DNA of 32,000 bases from Candidatus Saccharimonadota bacterium (GTDB lineage Bacteria > Patescibacteriota > Gracilibacteria > BD1-5 > UBA6164), in assembly GCA_965227835.1 (NCBI GenBank), contig OZ245768.1, forward strand, positions 240,001 to 272,000, in the 5' to 3' direction. A model generated the notes under the pieces. The model searched no databases. It saw only the letters and a list, made by a program, of their open reading frames with translations, and had not been told where the DNA came from. Below, piece by piece: positions 19,793 to 29,676 of the stretch. The translations under genes were made by a program, and so were the position numbers. The first letter of the stretch is position 1. Each line of letters begins with the position of its first letter.

Positions 19793-20425
19793 ATGATAGA
19801 TAATCCTGATTCCAAAATAATACATAGGAAAAAAGATTATTGGTTTATTTTTAAGAAATGCTTTAAAATATTTTTACAAATAGTAATAAGTGGTATTGCA
19901 ATTTGGGTTGCATCAATAGATGAATTGTATGGAACAAATGGTAAAATACTTTTTTATATAGTAAGTACAATTGTTACTCTTACATTAACATTTTTTATAT
20001 TTAGAACTAATATAATCAAAAAACAAAGAAGGCTTATATTTTTAAACATTTCAATCCAACTTTCTGCTCTATTATTTTTAGCTATTTATTATAATAGTGA
20101 AATGCAAAGCAGTAAAAAAACTGAAATTGAAACTGCAAAAGTTGAACCTGCAAAAGTTGAACCTGTAATGTTTACTTATGAAGATGAGGTATCACGTATT
20201 AGTTCATGTTGTGAAAGATACTTAATTAGGCTTAAAAATTATAATGGAAAAGACTTCCATATATTTATTAGTAATATAAATCCAGAAGTACCTATAACTC
20301 TACCAGGTGATACAGTAAAAATAAAAGCTAATATTACAAAAGATGGATATATGAATGTCATATATTTTAACAATTTAGACATTTATACACAAGGAGAAAA
20401 CGAGGAATCTAATGTAACAAAATAA
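19793..20425 (+). CDS. hypothetical membrane protein with a C-terminal soluble domain (210 aa), UGA-free, SD-led
   Basis: AAGGAG at 19782-19787 lies 5 nt before the ATG. About 3 TM helices, a short AKVEP-AKVEP repeat, then a roughly 80-aa hydrophilic domain. All 7 Gly codons are GGN. TAA stop and a terminator follow. Confidence 0.7.
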   Translation: MIDNPDSKIIHRKKDYWFIFKKCFKIFLQIVISGIAIWVASIDELYGTNGKILFYIVSTIVTLTLTFFIFRTNIIKKQRRLIFLNISIQLSALLFLAIYYNSEMQSSKKTEIETAKVEPAKVEPVMFTYEDEVSRISSCCERYLIRLKNYNGKDFHIFISNINPEVPITLPGDTVKIKANITKDGYMNVIYFNNLDIYTQGENEESNVTK

Positions 20426-20462
20426 AGCTATATTTAAATGATTTAGCTTGAAAAAATATTAA

Positions 20463-20488
20463 AGTCCCTCATTTGGGGGACTTTTTTA
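20463..20488 (+). terminator. rho-independent terminator
   Basis: AGTCCC-loop-GGGACT followed by TTTTTT. Confidence 0.6.
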
Positions 20489-20535
20489 AAACTTAAATTA
20501 ATACAAAACTAGAATAATAATACTAAAAAGATTAT

Positions 20536-21087
20536 CTAAAAATTCTTGCTTTTCTTTATCTCATAAACAAATAATTTTTCTTTTCAATCCTTGTAATAAA
20601 CTTTATCTGGAGTTATATTTTTAAGTTTGAAAGCATTTACAAAAATAACAGTACCATGACTACACTTAGAAAATAGCTTTTTTTCAAGATCTCACATAAG
20701 ACAAGGAAAAAGATAAATATAAATAAAATCAAATTCTTTTAAAGAAGCATCTAAATAATTTTTTTTAATACTCCTATTTTTCAACCTAAGAAACTTTGAT
20801 ATAAATGATGAAATTAAAACATTTGATAAATCAATTTCAAATCAAGTAGCTGACATATTATAATTTTTCTCAAAAAACCTAAGCATTTTTCAAGTTCCAC
20901 TACCAAGATCAGCTATTTTCTTTCAGTCTAATTTGTATTTATCAAAAACACTTTTTAAAAAAGATAGATCAGAGTTAAATGTAGATACTTGTGGTACCTT
21001 ATAAAAAATATTGTTTAAAACAGAAAGTAGATAAAGGCCTACAAAAAAAGCCATAAATATAACTAAAAATCATGATAGATAAATCAT
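20536..21087 (-). CDS. class I SAM-dependent methyltransferase (183 aa) with an N-terminal TM segment
   Basis: Motif I IADLGSGTGKMLRFF with UGA=Gly. The start codon lies 4 nt after the murD stop, so the two genes are probably co-transcribed. Confidence 0.65.
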
Positions 21088-21090
21088 ATT

Positions 21091-22539
21091 TTAATCTTTA
21101 TATTCTAATACACATTTCCTAAAAAGCTCCCCTTTTTCTAAATAATTCTTCCAAGGCATAACTCAAACTCCAAAAGAGTTGAAACTAGGTGATGCTGTTG
21201 AAAGTAAAACTATCTTTCATTTTTTTGTTTTTTCATATGCAAACCTAACTGCATTTTGCATACTGAGAGTTTTGAAAATAAAACCTTTGGAAGAAATAGG
21301 ATTAGGATATACTTTGTCAAATTCAATATTTTTTCAAAAATTATCAAAAAGTTTCTCTCAAGTATCAGGAAAAATAACTATATTTTTAATAGAAAATTTT
21401 CTTATACTAAATTCAAGTTTGGTAAAATCAAATCAAGAATCTTGATTTCAAATAAGTAAAGTATCTATATCAAAACCAAAAGTATCTAGAGCTGCAATAG
21501 TTGATTCAGGGGTAGAAGCTATAGAATCATTTATAAAAGTAATTCATTTGTAGTTCCCTATATTCTCTTGTCTATGAGGAAGTCATTTAAAGCTTTTCAA
21601 TACATTTTTAATTTTTAAATCCCTTTGTTTCAAAGATAGTTTATTTGGCAAAATTTCATAACAAATATAGATTGCCTTTAAAATACCAGAAATATTTTTC
21701 ATATTGTGCTCTCAACGAAGAGAAATATCTTTCCCAGAAAATCAATTATCAATTCCAAAATATGTAATATTTTTAAATCATCTAGCTTCAATTAATTCTT
21801 TCAATTCTTCTCAAACAAGATTAAAACTAGATCTTTTTAAAATATTAAGTTTAGCTTCTTGGTAGTTTTGTAGTCAGTTATGCCAGTCAAGATGGCAATT
21901 GTATATATTGTTTAAAATGGATATAAATAATTTAGGTGAAAATCACTCAAGCATATAACTTGATAATTCATATACTACAAAATCATAAGTTTCAAAGCCA
22001 CTTTTATACCCAGTAAAATAGCTTGTAATATCTATTTCATCAAAAACTGGAGTTCAAATATTTCAAACAAGCCTCACTTTATATCATAATTCCTTTAAAA
22101 CATTGTATAGTAGACTTGAAGTAGTTGATTTTCATTTAGTTCAGGTAATACCTATTACTCTATCAGGATAATACTTAAAGAAAAATTCTGTTTGAGTAGT
22201 GATTTTATTTTTTAATTTTTCTAAAACAGGTATATTGTAGGGGCTTATTCAGGGGCTTTTAAAAATCAAATCAAAGCTAAAAATATTTTCTAAATAATCT
22301 TTTCAAAAAATATATTTTAATTCTTGACTCTCTCATAATTTTTTGTCTGATAAATTTGAATTTATTTCTAGTCCTAAGTCCCTAAAAAGAGATAAGTTTT
22401 GATTTAGAATTTTGGCATTTGAGTCAAGAATAGTTATATCTTTGACTCAAATTTTTTTTAAGAATCTAAGTGTAGAAATTCCTTCTTTACCAAAACCTAA
22501 AATAGCTATTTTTTTATCTCTAGGGTCAAAAAGTTTCAT
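21091..22539 (-). CDS. murD: UDP-N-acetylmuramoylalanine--D-glutamate ligase (482 aa)
   Basis: KIAILGFGKEG Rossmann start. P-loop GITGTKGKSTT, with both invariant Gly encoded by TGA (about 22120-22152). Also YELSSYMLE, NIYNCHLDWH, GLPHRQE and NDSIASTPEST. Confidence 0.9.
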
Positions 22540-22606
22540 ATTTTTATTGTAAAAATGATTTTTCAAATATAGTATAGAAATAGTTTAATAATTCAATTTT
22601 TCTTTT

Positions 22607-23278
22607 ATGGATAATATAAAACTTGAAAAATCTTGGCTTTATGAGTTAGGACAAGAATTTAGTGAAGATTATATGCTTGGGATTAAAGATTTTTTGAAAA
22701 AAGAAATAGAAAACTGAAAGAAAATATATCCAAATCCAAAGAATTTATTTAATGCTCTAAATCATACCCCACTAGATAGAGTAAAAGTCGTTATAATAGG
22801 TCAAGATCCTTATCATTGATATTGACAAGCTCACGGACTAAGTTTTTCTGTTCAAGATTGAGTACCCCCACCACCTAGTTTAAAAAATATTTATAAAGAA
22901 ATAGAAGGTAGTCTATGAATAAAAAAAGATTTCAAAAATTGAAACCTAATTCCCTGGGCAAAAAGTTGAGTACTTCTTTTAAATTCAATATTAAGTGTAG
23001 AAGCAAATAAACCTGCAAGTCATTCAAATATATGATGGGAGAATTTTACTGATAAGATTATAAAAATTGTAAATGATAAAAAACAAAGTGTAGTGTTCCT
23101 TTTATGGTGAGCTTTTGCACAAAAGAAGAAAATGTTTATTGATACAAATAAACATTATGTACTGGAAACTACTCATCCTTCACCTTTTTCAGCACATAGA
23201 TGATTTCTTGGAAGCAAGTGTTTTAGCAAAACAAATGAAATACTTGAAAGTTTGTGAGAAGATAAAATAAATTGGTAG
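22607..23278 (+). CDS. ung: uracil-DNA glycosylase, family 1 (223 aa)
   Basis: [18 protein letters not shown] with TGA at 22817-22819 and 22823-22825 on the invariant glycines. Also [37 protein letters not shown] and C-terminal INW. Confidence 0.95.
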
Positions 23279-23288
23279 AGGATATATT

Positions 23289-23316
23289 CATACGAGGAGT
23301 CAAGACTCCTCGTATG
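23289..23316. terminator. 12-bp-stem hairpin after ung
   Basis: CATACGAGGAGT-CAAG-ACTCCTCGTATG. It is followed by an A-run rather than a T-run on the plus strand, so terminator function is uncertain. Confidence 0.4.
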
Positions 23317-23723
23317 AAAAAAGTATAAAATGTCCACATATTACACACAAAACTCCCCAGTTTTTTTAATAAAAAAGTCTAAAAAAAGCTTGACAGAGGG
23401 GATAATCTAATAATTGAAGTAATATATTATTATTACTTTTTTTTATGCAAGAAATACAAAAAATAATAAACAAAGAACTATGATATTTAATGAAATATGA
23501 ATGCAAAAATGATAAAAGATTTATTAAAGAGTTTTTTTGAGATATAATAAGGCTAAGAACAACAATAATGAACAAATTATGATTTTGAAAATATAAAAAT
23601 CCCAACAAAATGAGTGAAAAAATAAAACATTTCTTTGAAAAAGATAGTTTTAAAAATTTTAACCTAAAAGTAGAAAAAAGATGTTTTTCTATGTTATGAA
23701 AAATAAATAAAAATGATTATATA

Positions 23724-24929
23724 GGGACCTCTGCAAAAAGATAGATTTAAATTACAAAAATATAATAAAAAGATTAAAATATGATAAATATTTTAATTTT
23801 TTTTTAATGATTATGTCACCATTTAAAGAACAACAAACATTTTTGAATTATTTCCAAAATGAGTTATGAATTACAAGAACAGAAAAGTTTCTAACAAAAT
23901 TAGATAAAGTAGTCCCATGGGAATCAATATCAAATAAAATTAATTTATCTAGAGAAATATCAGATTGATGAGTTTGAAGACCAAGAATGGAAATACAAAA
24001 AATGTTAAAAATACTATTTCTTCAATGATTATATGGATTATCAGATCCGGAAATAGAAAATCAAATAAGAGACAGAAATAGCTTTCAAAAGTTTCTATGA
24101 ATATCTGAATCTAAAGATATACCAGATGAAACAACAATATGTAGATTTAGAAATGAATTATCAGAAAACTGAAGTCAGGAAACTATATTTACAATGACTC
24201 AATTTATTTTAGCTGAAATGTGATTTACAGTAGAAAAGTGATTTATTCAAGATGGTACTATAATAGAATCACCAAAATGAAGAAAGAATAATAAATGAGA
24301 AAATACAAGAGATAAGGAAGCTAGTTTTACAAAGAAGAATTGAAGAAGTTATCATTGATATAAAGCTCATATTGAAACAACAAAGAGAGGAGACTTTGTA
24401 ATGAATACAACATATACAACAGCTAAGATACATGATTCACAATTATCTGATACTTTAATGACTTGAGATGAGAGTGAAGAGGCATATTGAGATAGTGCCT
24501 ATATAAGTAAAGATAAAATAAGATTTTTAGATGAGTTATGAATTAAGTGAGAGTTCAATGAAAGATGATCTAGAAATAATCCGTTGACTTCTTATCAAAA
24601 AGAACAAAATAGAATTAAATCTACTATTAGGGCAAGAGTAGAACATCCTTTTTCTATTTTAAAGGCTAAATATTGAAATTATAAAACAAGATATAGATGA
24701 TTAGTTAAGAATGCTATGCACTGGTTTTTATCTTGTGCTATTTATAATTTTGAACTATTGGCAAGGAGATATATATAGCTTTCTAATAGGTGAATTGTGC
24801 CTAAATTTGGAAATTATACCTAAAAAAAGGCATAATTCATAGAAATTATCTTATATATTCTTCAAAAAAAGTGATTTTTATTCAAAATCACTTTTTTCTT
24901 GTTCTTTTCAACAATATTGCAGAGGTCCC
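23724..24929 (+). mobile_element. IS-D (IS5 family), 1206 bp, intact, nested in IS-A copy 2
   Basis: Perfect terminal IRs GGGACCTCTGCAA...TTGCAGAGGTCCC. A 4-bp TSD TATA lies at 23720-23723 and 24930-24933. The empty site is visible in IS-A copies 1 and 3. Confidence 0.88.
23807..24778 (+). CDS. IS5-family DDE transposase (323 aa)
   Basis: With UGA=Gly the translation is MIMSPFKEQQTFLNYFQNELGITRTEKFLTKLDKVVPWESI...GRPRMEIQKMLKILFLQGLYGLSDPEIENQIRDRNSFQKFL...IQDGTIIESP...YKAHIETT...AYGDSAYISK...IRARVEHPFSILKAKYGNYKTRYRGLVKNAMHWFLSCAIYNFELLARRYI. This is the typical IS5-group architecture. Confidence 0.85.
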
Positions 24930-26014
24930 TATAGTTTTTGATGAAGTTGATATAGCAAAACAATACTCAAAGAAGCTAGAAAATCTATCTAAAGTAAGAG
25001 ATTGAAGTACTTGAAATATAGTTTCTTGATATATGTATCATTGAGTAAGTATAAATTGAATTCCTGTAATACTTGAGTATGAAGATTTAACTAATAAATT
25101 TAAATCTGAATATTTTTGAAAATTAATTAAAAAAGTAGAAGATTATACTAAATGAAAGTGAATATATGTATATGATGCTTGATATGATATAGCATCATAT
25201 ATAGAATTTTTAAATAATAGTGTAAATAGATGGATAATAAGAGCTAAAAAGAATAGGATATATTTTGATTTAAAAACCGATAAATATTTAAAATTAAAGG
25301 AATTTAAAGATTGAGTTCATAAGGTAAGAATTAATTCAGTTAATGAATCAATATATCTTCATATTAGATCAAATCCTAAATTTCCTGAACCAATGAGGAT
25401 ATTATCAAATTCAAGAAAAACAGATATAGAAGAATATAAACAAAGACGGGAAATAGAGACAATATTTAAAACTATGAAGCAGGAGTTTCAGCTTGAGAAA
25501 CTTCAAGCTAAGAGTTTAATAGTATTTAAAAATTTTGTTTCTACTATACAGTTGGCTATGGCTTTGACTAGGACTATATATAAAAAGAATAATTCTTTTT
25601 GTGAGAATCAGAGGTTTATACTTTCTTCTAGATTTAAATCTAGATTTAGAGATTATACAAAATCTCGATGAATAACTATGAATTCTAATTCTATTGTTAA
25701 ATTTATATCTTATTGTTTAACAAAGTTGTATAAACCTCCTAAAAAACATATTAAAAATTTAAATAATAAAAACAACCTACATTTCCCTCAGTTATCCTTA
25801 TTCTCCTATGTCGATTTTATAAAAAGTGGGTAGTTTTGAGATTACAAAAAACAACTTATTTAATGAAACTCTGAAAAATTAAGATTTTGCAGAAAAAGTA
25901 ATTCTTTTATTTTTATTAGGCAAAGAGCTTTAGCTCTTTGATTTTATATCTTCATCAACAGATGGCTTTAGCCATTTGCTATTGTAGGAAATTTTTCTTC
26001 TTGAAGAAAATTAC

Positions 26015-26050
26015 ATATCAATAAATAATGGTACCTATCTAATGGTACAG
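26015..26050 (-). repeat. solo terminal inverted repeat of the IS481-like element IS-E
   Basis: The reverse complement CTGTACCATTAGATAGGTACCATTATTTATTGATAT matches the IS-E left end at 29745/29916 (CTGTACCAGTAGATAGGTACCACTATTTATTGATAT) at 34/36 positions. No transposase gene is attached. Confidence 0.6.
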
Positions 26051-26148
26051 TTAATTTAGACATAAAAATATCTTTTGACAAACATCAATTAAAAAATAGA
26101 GTAGAAGATGAAAGTATTTTCAAATCTAAACTAAAAAGGAGTATTATT

Positions 26149-26622
26149 ATGAAATATTTTTGTGTTAACTTCAAATATATGCTTTTGCTTGCTGTACTAA
26201 TTTCATTTTTTATAAGTAAGCTAAACATTAGTTTTGAAGAAACTGTGGTTTATTCTGCAGTAGTTTTTACAACAATGCTTGTTTTAGCTTTAATACCGGC
26301 TTCAATCAAATTATTTAGTAAAAAAAGTTCCGATACATTGCTTCTACCTGTTTTTCAATGTATTGGTGCATTATTTTTACTGTATCCTATTTCTCTATAT
26401 ATAGTTAGGGAAATGGTTCCAGAAATTGGGCAATATTATACAAACTATATAATTATTGAAAGTTTGGCACTTTTATTTGCTTCAGTATTTGCATTAGTAT
26501 GGTTAAAGACAAGTAAAGAAGTTTCTAATACTGAATTTTGGGAAAATTTCCTAAAAGAAATTCCTTTATTATTCATAGTATTTGAAGCTTCATTTTACCT
26601 GAAAAGGAGACAAACAGCATAA
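26149..26622 (+). CDS. hypothetical multi-pass membrane protein (157 aa), UGA-free, SD-led
   Basis: AAGGAG at 26136-26141 lies 7 nt before the ATG. About 4 TM helices. TAA stop. A very strong terminator follows immediately. Confidence 0.7.
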   Translation: MKYFCVNFKYMLLLAVLISFFISKLNISFEETVVYSAVVFTTMLVLALIPASIKLFSKKSSDTLLLPVFQCIGALFLLYPISLYIVREMVPEIGQYYTNYIIIESLALLFASVFALVWLKTSKEVSNTEFWENFLKEIPLLFIVFEASFYLKRRQTA

Positions 26623-26624
26623 AA

Positions 26625-26668
26625 AAATCCCCTTTTAAGTTATTCTTAAAAGGGGATTTTTCTTTTTT
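26625..26668 (+). terminator. strong rho-independent terminator
   Basis: A 15-bp stem AAATCCCCTTTTAAG / CTTAAAAGGGGATTT plus a T-run. IS-B copy 2 begins at the very next base. Confidence 0.8.
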
Positions 26669-26753
26669 GAGCCTGTTGCAAATTAGATTTTAGCTATTAA
26701 AAAGTGAAAAAAAAGATATAATTACATAGTAATTATATCCTAAGAAAACATCT

Positions 26754-27719
26754 ATGTTAGAATCAAATCAAATAAGCTTTGTTAGCCTAAATGAGCTAAT
26801 TCCAGAAAATCATCAATATCGTAAATTTAAGAAATTATGGAACTTTGATTGAGTAAATAAAATACTAAAAAATATAGATCTATGAAAAACTCATGTATGA
26901 TATTGAGTAAAAAAATTATTTCTATGTTTACTAATCCAGTTTATGGAAGATTTATCAGATAGAGAGTTAGAGAAATATCTTGCAGAAAATCTAGCTGGTA
27001 AATGGTTTTGCTGATTTAAATTAACAGATAAAACTCCAGATTATAGTATATTCTCAAGAGCAAGAAAAAAGATATGAACAAATGAACTATCAAAGATATT
27101 TGAAGATTTAAAAAATCAATTATCAAATAAGGGTTATATGAGTGAAGTGTTTACATTTGTAGATGCTTCTCATTTAGTTACTAAAGCTAATTTATGGGAA
27201 GAAAGAGATAAATGAATAAAAGAATGATATGAAAAAATGAATAATGAAACTCTTCCAAAAGTTGCTAATGATAAGGAAGCTAAAATTTGATCTAAGTGAA
27301 AAAATAAATTTTGGTATGGTTATAAAAAACACGCTAGTGTTGATATGCAATCTTGAATGATAAACAAGATAGCTATAACTCAAGCTAATGTAACAGATGC
27401 AAAGTGAATGAAACATTTATTACCAAATTCATGAGCAGTATATGCTGATAAGTGATATTGTATTTGACCAGCTATATTATCATCAAAAAAGAAGTGATTA
27501 CATTTATGTGCAATAAAGAAGAATAATATGAAAGAGAAGGATAAGGATAAAGATAAGTTTTATTCTAAACTTAGATCTCCTTATGAGAGGGTATTTTCAA
27601 AAATGAATCATAGAGTGATGTATAAATCTGTAGTAAAAAACCAGTTTACTGCATTTATGGAAGCTATATCCTTTAATCTCAAAAGATTGGTTGTTTTAGA
27701 GGAAATCCGAATAACTTAG
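26754..27719 (+). CDS. IS-B DDE transposase (321 aa)
   Basis: Open from ATG 26754 to TAG 27717-27719 with UGA=Gly. The track ORF 27528-27719 is its C-terminal piece. Confidence 0.85.
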
Positions 27720-27840
27720 ATTAATTTCCTTAGGTGGATTTTGTCTAAAATCCTAAATTTTATATAAATATGATTATAATTTAACAAAAAATAGATGAAA
27801 TTTGTAAATTTTTCATCTATTTAGTAATTCTTTTAATTAA

Positions 27841-28458
27841 CCCAACACTAAACCACCAGCTCTGCTGGTGCGAGTAGTGCAGGTTTTACCGTTCCGGTAG
27901 TTGTGTATAATCTTCTAGGAAGCACCTAGGAGGGGAATAACTTTTTAAAAATATGTCCCACAAATACGCAAAGCAGTCCCATGTGAATTGGGACTGCACT
28001 TACCACATAGTGGTGGTACCAAAGTACCGAAAAAAAATACTTTTTCAATCAGTTAGAAAAGATATACGAGACACATTTCATGAACTTGCAAAGAGATATG
28101 ATTTTGAGATATTAAAATGAAATATAACGATAGATCATGTTCATCTCGTTTTGAGGATATCTCCAAAATACTCTGTTGCAGAAATTCTGTGAAGATTGAA
28201 ATGAAAGAGTGCAATAATACTTCATAACAAACATAGTAAGAAGAAATGACTGTACTCGAAGAATTTCTGGAGTAGATGATACTATGTAAGTACAGTTTGA
28301 CTTGACTTGGATATGATAAAAAATTATGTTCAACATCAGCAACATAAGGATAAAACCATTGATGGAAATCAGTTAGATTTAAACTGGTAAAAACTATTTT
28401 AGCACCTTCTAGGGGCTTCCATTTAAAGCTACCAGTTCTACTGGTAGATATTTACTAA
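27841..28458 (+). mobile_element. IS200/IS605-family element no. 2 (tnpA only), inserted in IS-B copy 2; ends accurate to about 2 nt
   Basis: The empty site is visible in IS-B copy 1 (CTTAATTAAAACTC). Subterminal hairpins CCACCAGC-TC-TGCTGGTG (about 27853-27870) and CTACCAG-TTCTA-CTGGTAG (about 28428-28446). No TSD. Visibly GC-richer than its surroundings. Confidence 0.75.
27953..28390 (+). CDS. tnpA: IS200/IS605 family Y1 (HUH) transposase TnpA (145 aa)
   Basis: Translation: MSHKYAKQSHVNWDCTYHIVVVPKYRKKILFQSVRKDIRDTFHELAKRYDFEILKGNITIDHVHLVLRISPKYSVAEILGRLKGKSAIILHNKHSKKKGLYSKNFWSRGYYVSTVGLDLDMIKNYVQHQQ. TGA falls on the conserved glycines of RGYYVSTVG. CGA encodes the conserved Arg of PKYR. 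Confidence 0.9.
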
Positions 28459-28491
28459 AACTCATTTTAAAATCAAAACGCAACAGGCTCT

Positions 28492-29676
28492 CCCAAAGTA
28501 AGAAATGAAGTGCAATTAAAAGAGAAGAAAATATAGTATTCCCCGTAGGGTAATAACATTATTTTCTAATATAATAAGATATGTACTGACAATTAATATT
28601 CCAAGAGAGAGAAAGTATTGAATTTCATTTAAATAAATGATTAAAGAAAAAAGATATAGCATCAATACTAAAAAGATCAGAATCAACAATAAGCAGAGAG
28701 ATATACAGAAATTCAGTAAAAAAACGATGAAACAATAAAAAAGTATATTTAGCACTAGAAGCAGAAATCAAATCATATCAAAGACGATGGTTAACAAAAA
28801 CTCAATCAATGAAGATAAATATGAATACTAATATGAAAAATTTCATAATAGAACAACTATCAATAACAGAAATACAAATGTCCCCAAAAACAATTGCTAA
28901 GAAACGGAATAATACTCAAACAGATAAAAAGAAACATATCTCCCATACAAGTATATATTCTTGGCTAGAAACTGGTATGTGAAATAAATATAAAGAACTA
29001 TTATTATATAAACATAAAGGTTATAGAAAGAAAAAACAACAAACAGAAAGAGTGAAAATTAAAAATAGAGTTAGTATTAAAAATAGACCTGAAACAATAA
29101 ATAACAGAGAAGAAAAATGACATATTGAAGCTGATTTAATTGTTTCTAAAAAATGATTTAAATGAGCTATACTTACATTGGTTGATAGAAAGACTAGGTT
29201 ACCTAAAATTTTTAAAATAAAAGATAAATCAAGTGAAAATATAATTAATCTAATAGCTTGAGTTAAAGATGATATATGAATTAAATCTGTTACTTTTGAT
29301 AATTGAATGGAATTTGCTAAGCATTATTTATTAAATGATATATGAATAGATACTTACTTTTGTGAACCTTATTCTTCTTGGCAGAAGTGAAGTGTTGAGA
29401 ATTTAAATAGGATTATCAGGAGATTTTTTCCTAAATGAACTATATTTGATTATGTAAGTGATGAAAAAATAAAAAGTATTTGCGATATATTAGCAAATAC
29501 TCCTAGAGAAATACTTTGATTTATTTCCCCTAATCAAGCACACTTTTCACAATCTTAATGTTGTATTTGGAATTATAACAAAATTTTTTATAATCTCAAA
29601 AATAAAAAATTTCTTAATGCTATATTTTCTTCTTTAAGTTCATTTAAAAAATTGCACTTCGGGGTTTAATTCAGGT
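28492..29676 (+). mobile_element. IS-C copy 2 (IS30 family), 1185 bp, intact
   Basis: A 2-bp TSD CT lies at 28490-28491 and 29677-29678. The imperfect terminal IRs share GAAGTGCAATT. It was inserted exactly at the IS-B right-end/flank junction. Confidence 0.85.
28581..29558 (+). CDS. IS30-family DDE transposase (325 aa)
   Basis: With UGA=Gly: N-terminal HTH (FQERESIEFHLNKGLKKKDIASILKRSESTISREIYRN), then [67 protein letters not shown] and NTPREILGFISPNQ. Confidence 0.88.

Larger units (their letters stand above)
23610..25833 (+). pseudogene. IS-A transposase gene interrupted after codon 38 by IS-D
   Basis: The ATG 23610 frame is broken at 23723 and resumes at 24934, running to TAG 25831-25833. 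Confidence 0.8.
23346..25840 (+). mobile_element. IS-A copy 2, disrupted by IS-D
   Basis: Same termini as copy 1. A 6-bp TSD ATTACA lies at 23340-23345 and 25841-25846. Length minus the insert and its TSD is 1285 bp. It carries several SNPs relative to copies 1 and 3. Confidence 0.85.
26669..28490 (+). mobile_element. IS-B copy 2 carrying a nested IS200-type element
   Basis: The ends are GAGCCTGTTG...CAACAGGCTC. It is collinear with copy 1 except for a 618-bp insert at about 27841-28458. Confidence 0.8.

Noticed and set aside
1480-23345. IS-mediated inversion of the 22-kb segment flanked by the inverted IS-A copies 1 and 2, and similarly of the segment between the inverted IS-B/IS-C nests.
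   Set aside because: IS-A copies 1 and 2, IS-B copy 1 and both IS-C copies each retain matching TSDs on both sides. No recombination between copies has therefore occurred since insertion. The potential for inversion remains, but nothing in the sequence shows it.
27953-28390. Possible additional Arg-codon reassignment (CGA/CGG) of the kind I recall being reported for some code-25 relatives.
   Set aside because: CGA encodes the invariant Arg of the IS200 PKYR motif. The few other CGN codons seen (dus VVRSGHG, IS30 N-terminus) sit where Arg is plausible. The sample is tiny, so this is not a strong exclusion.
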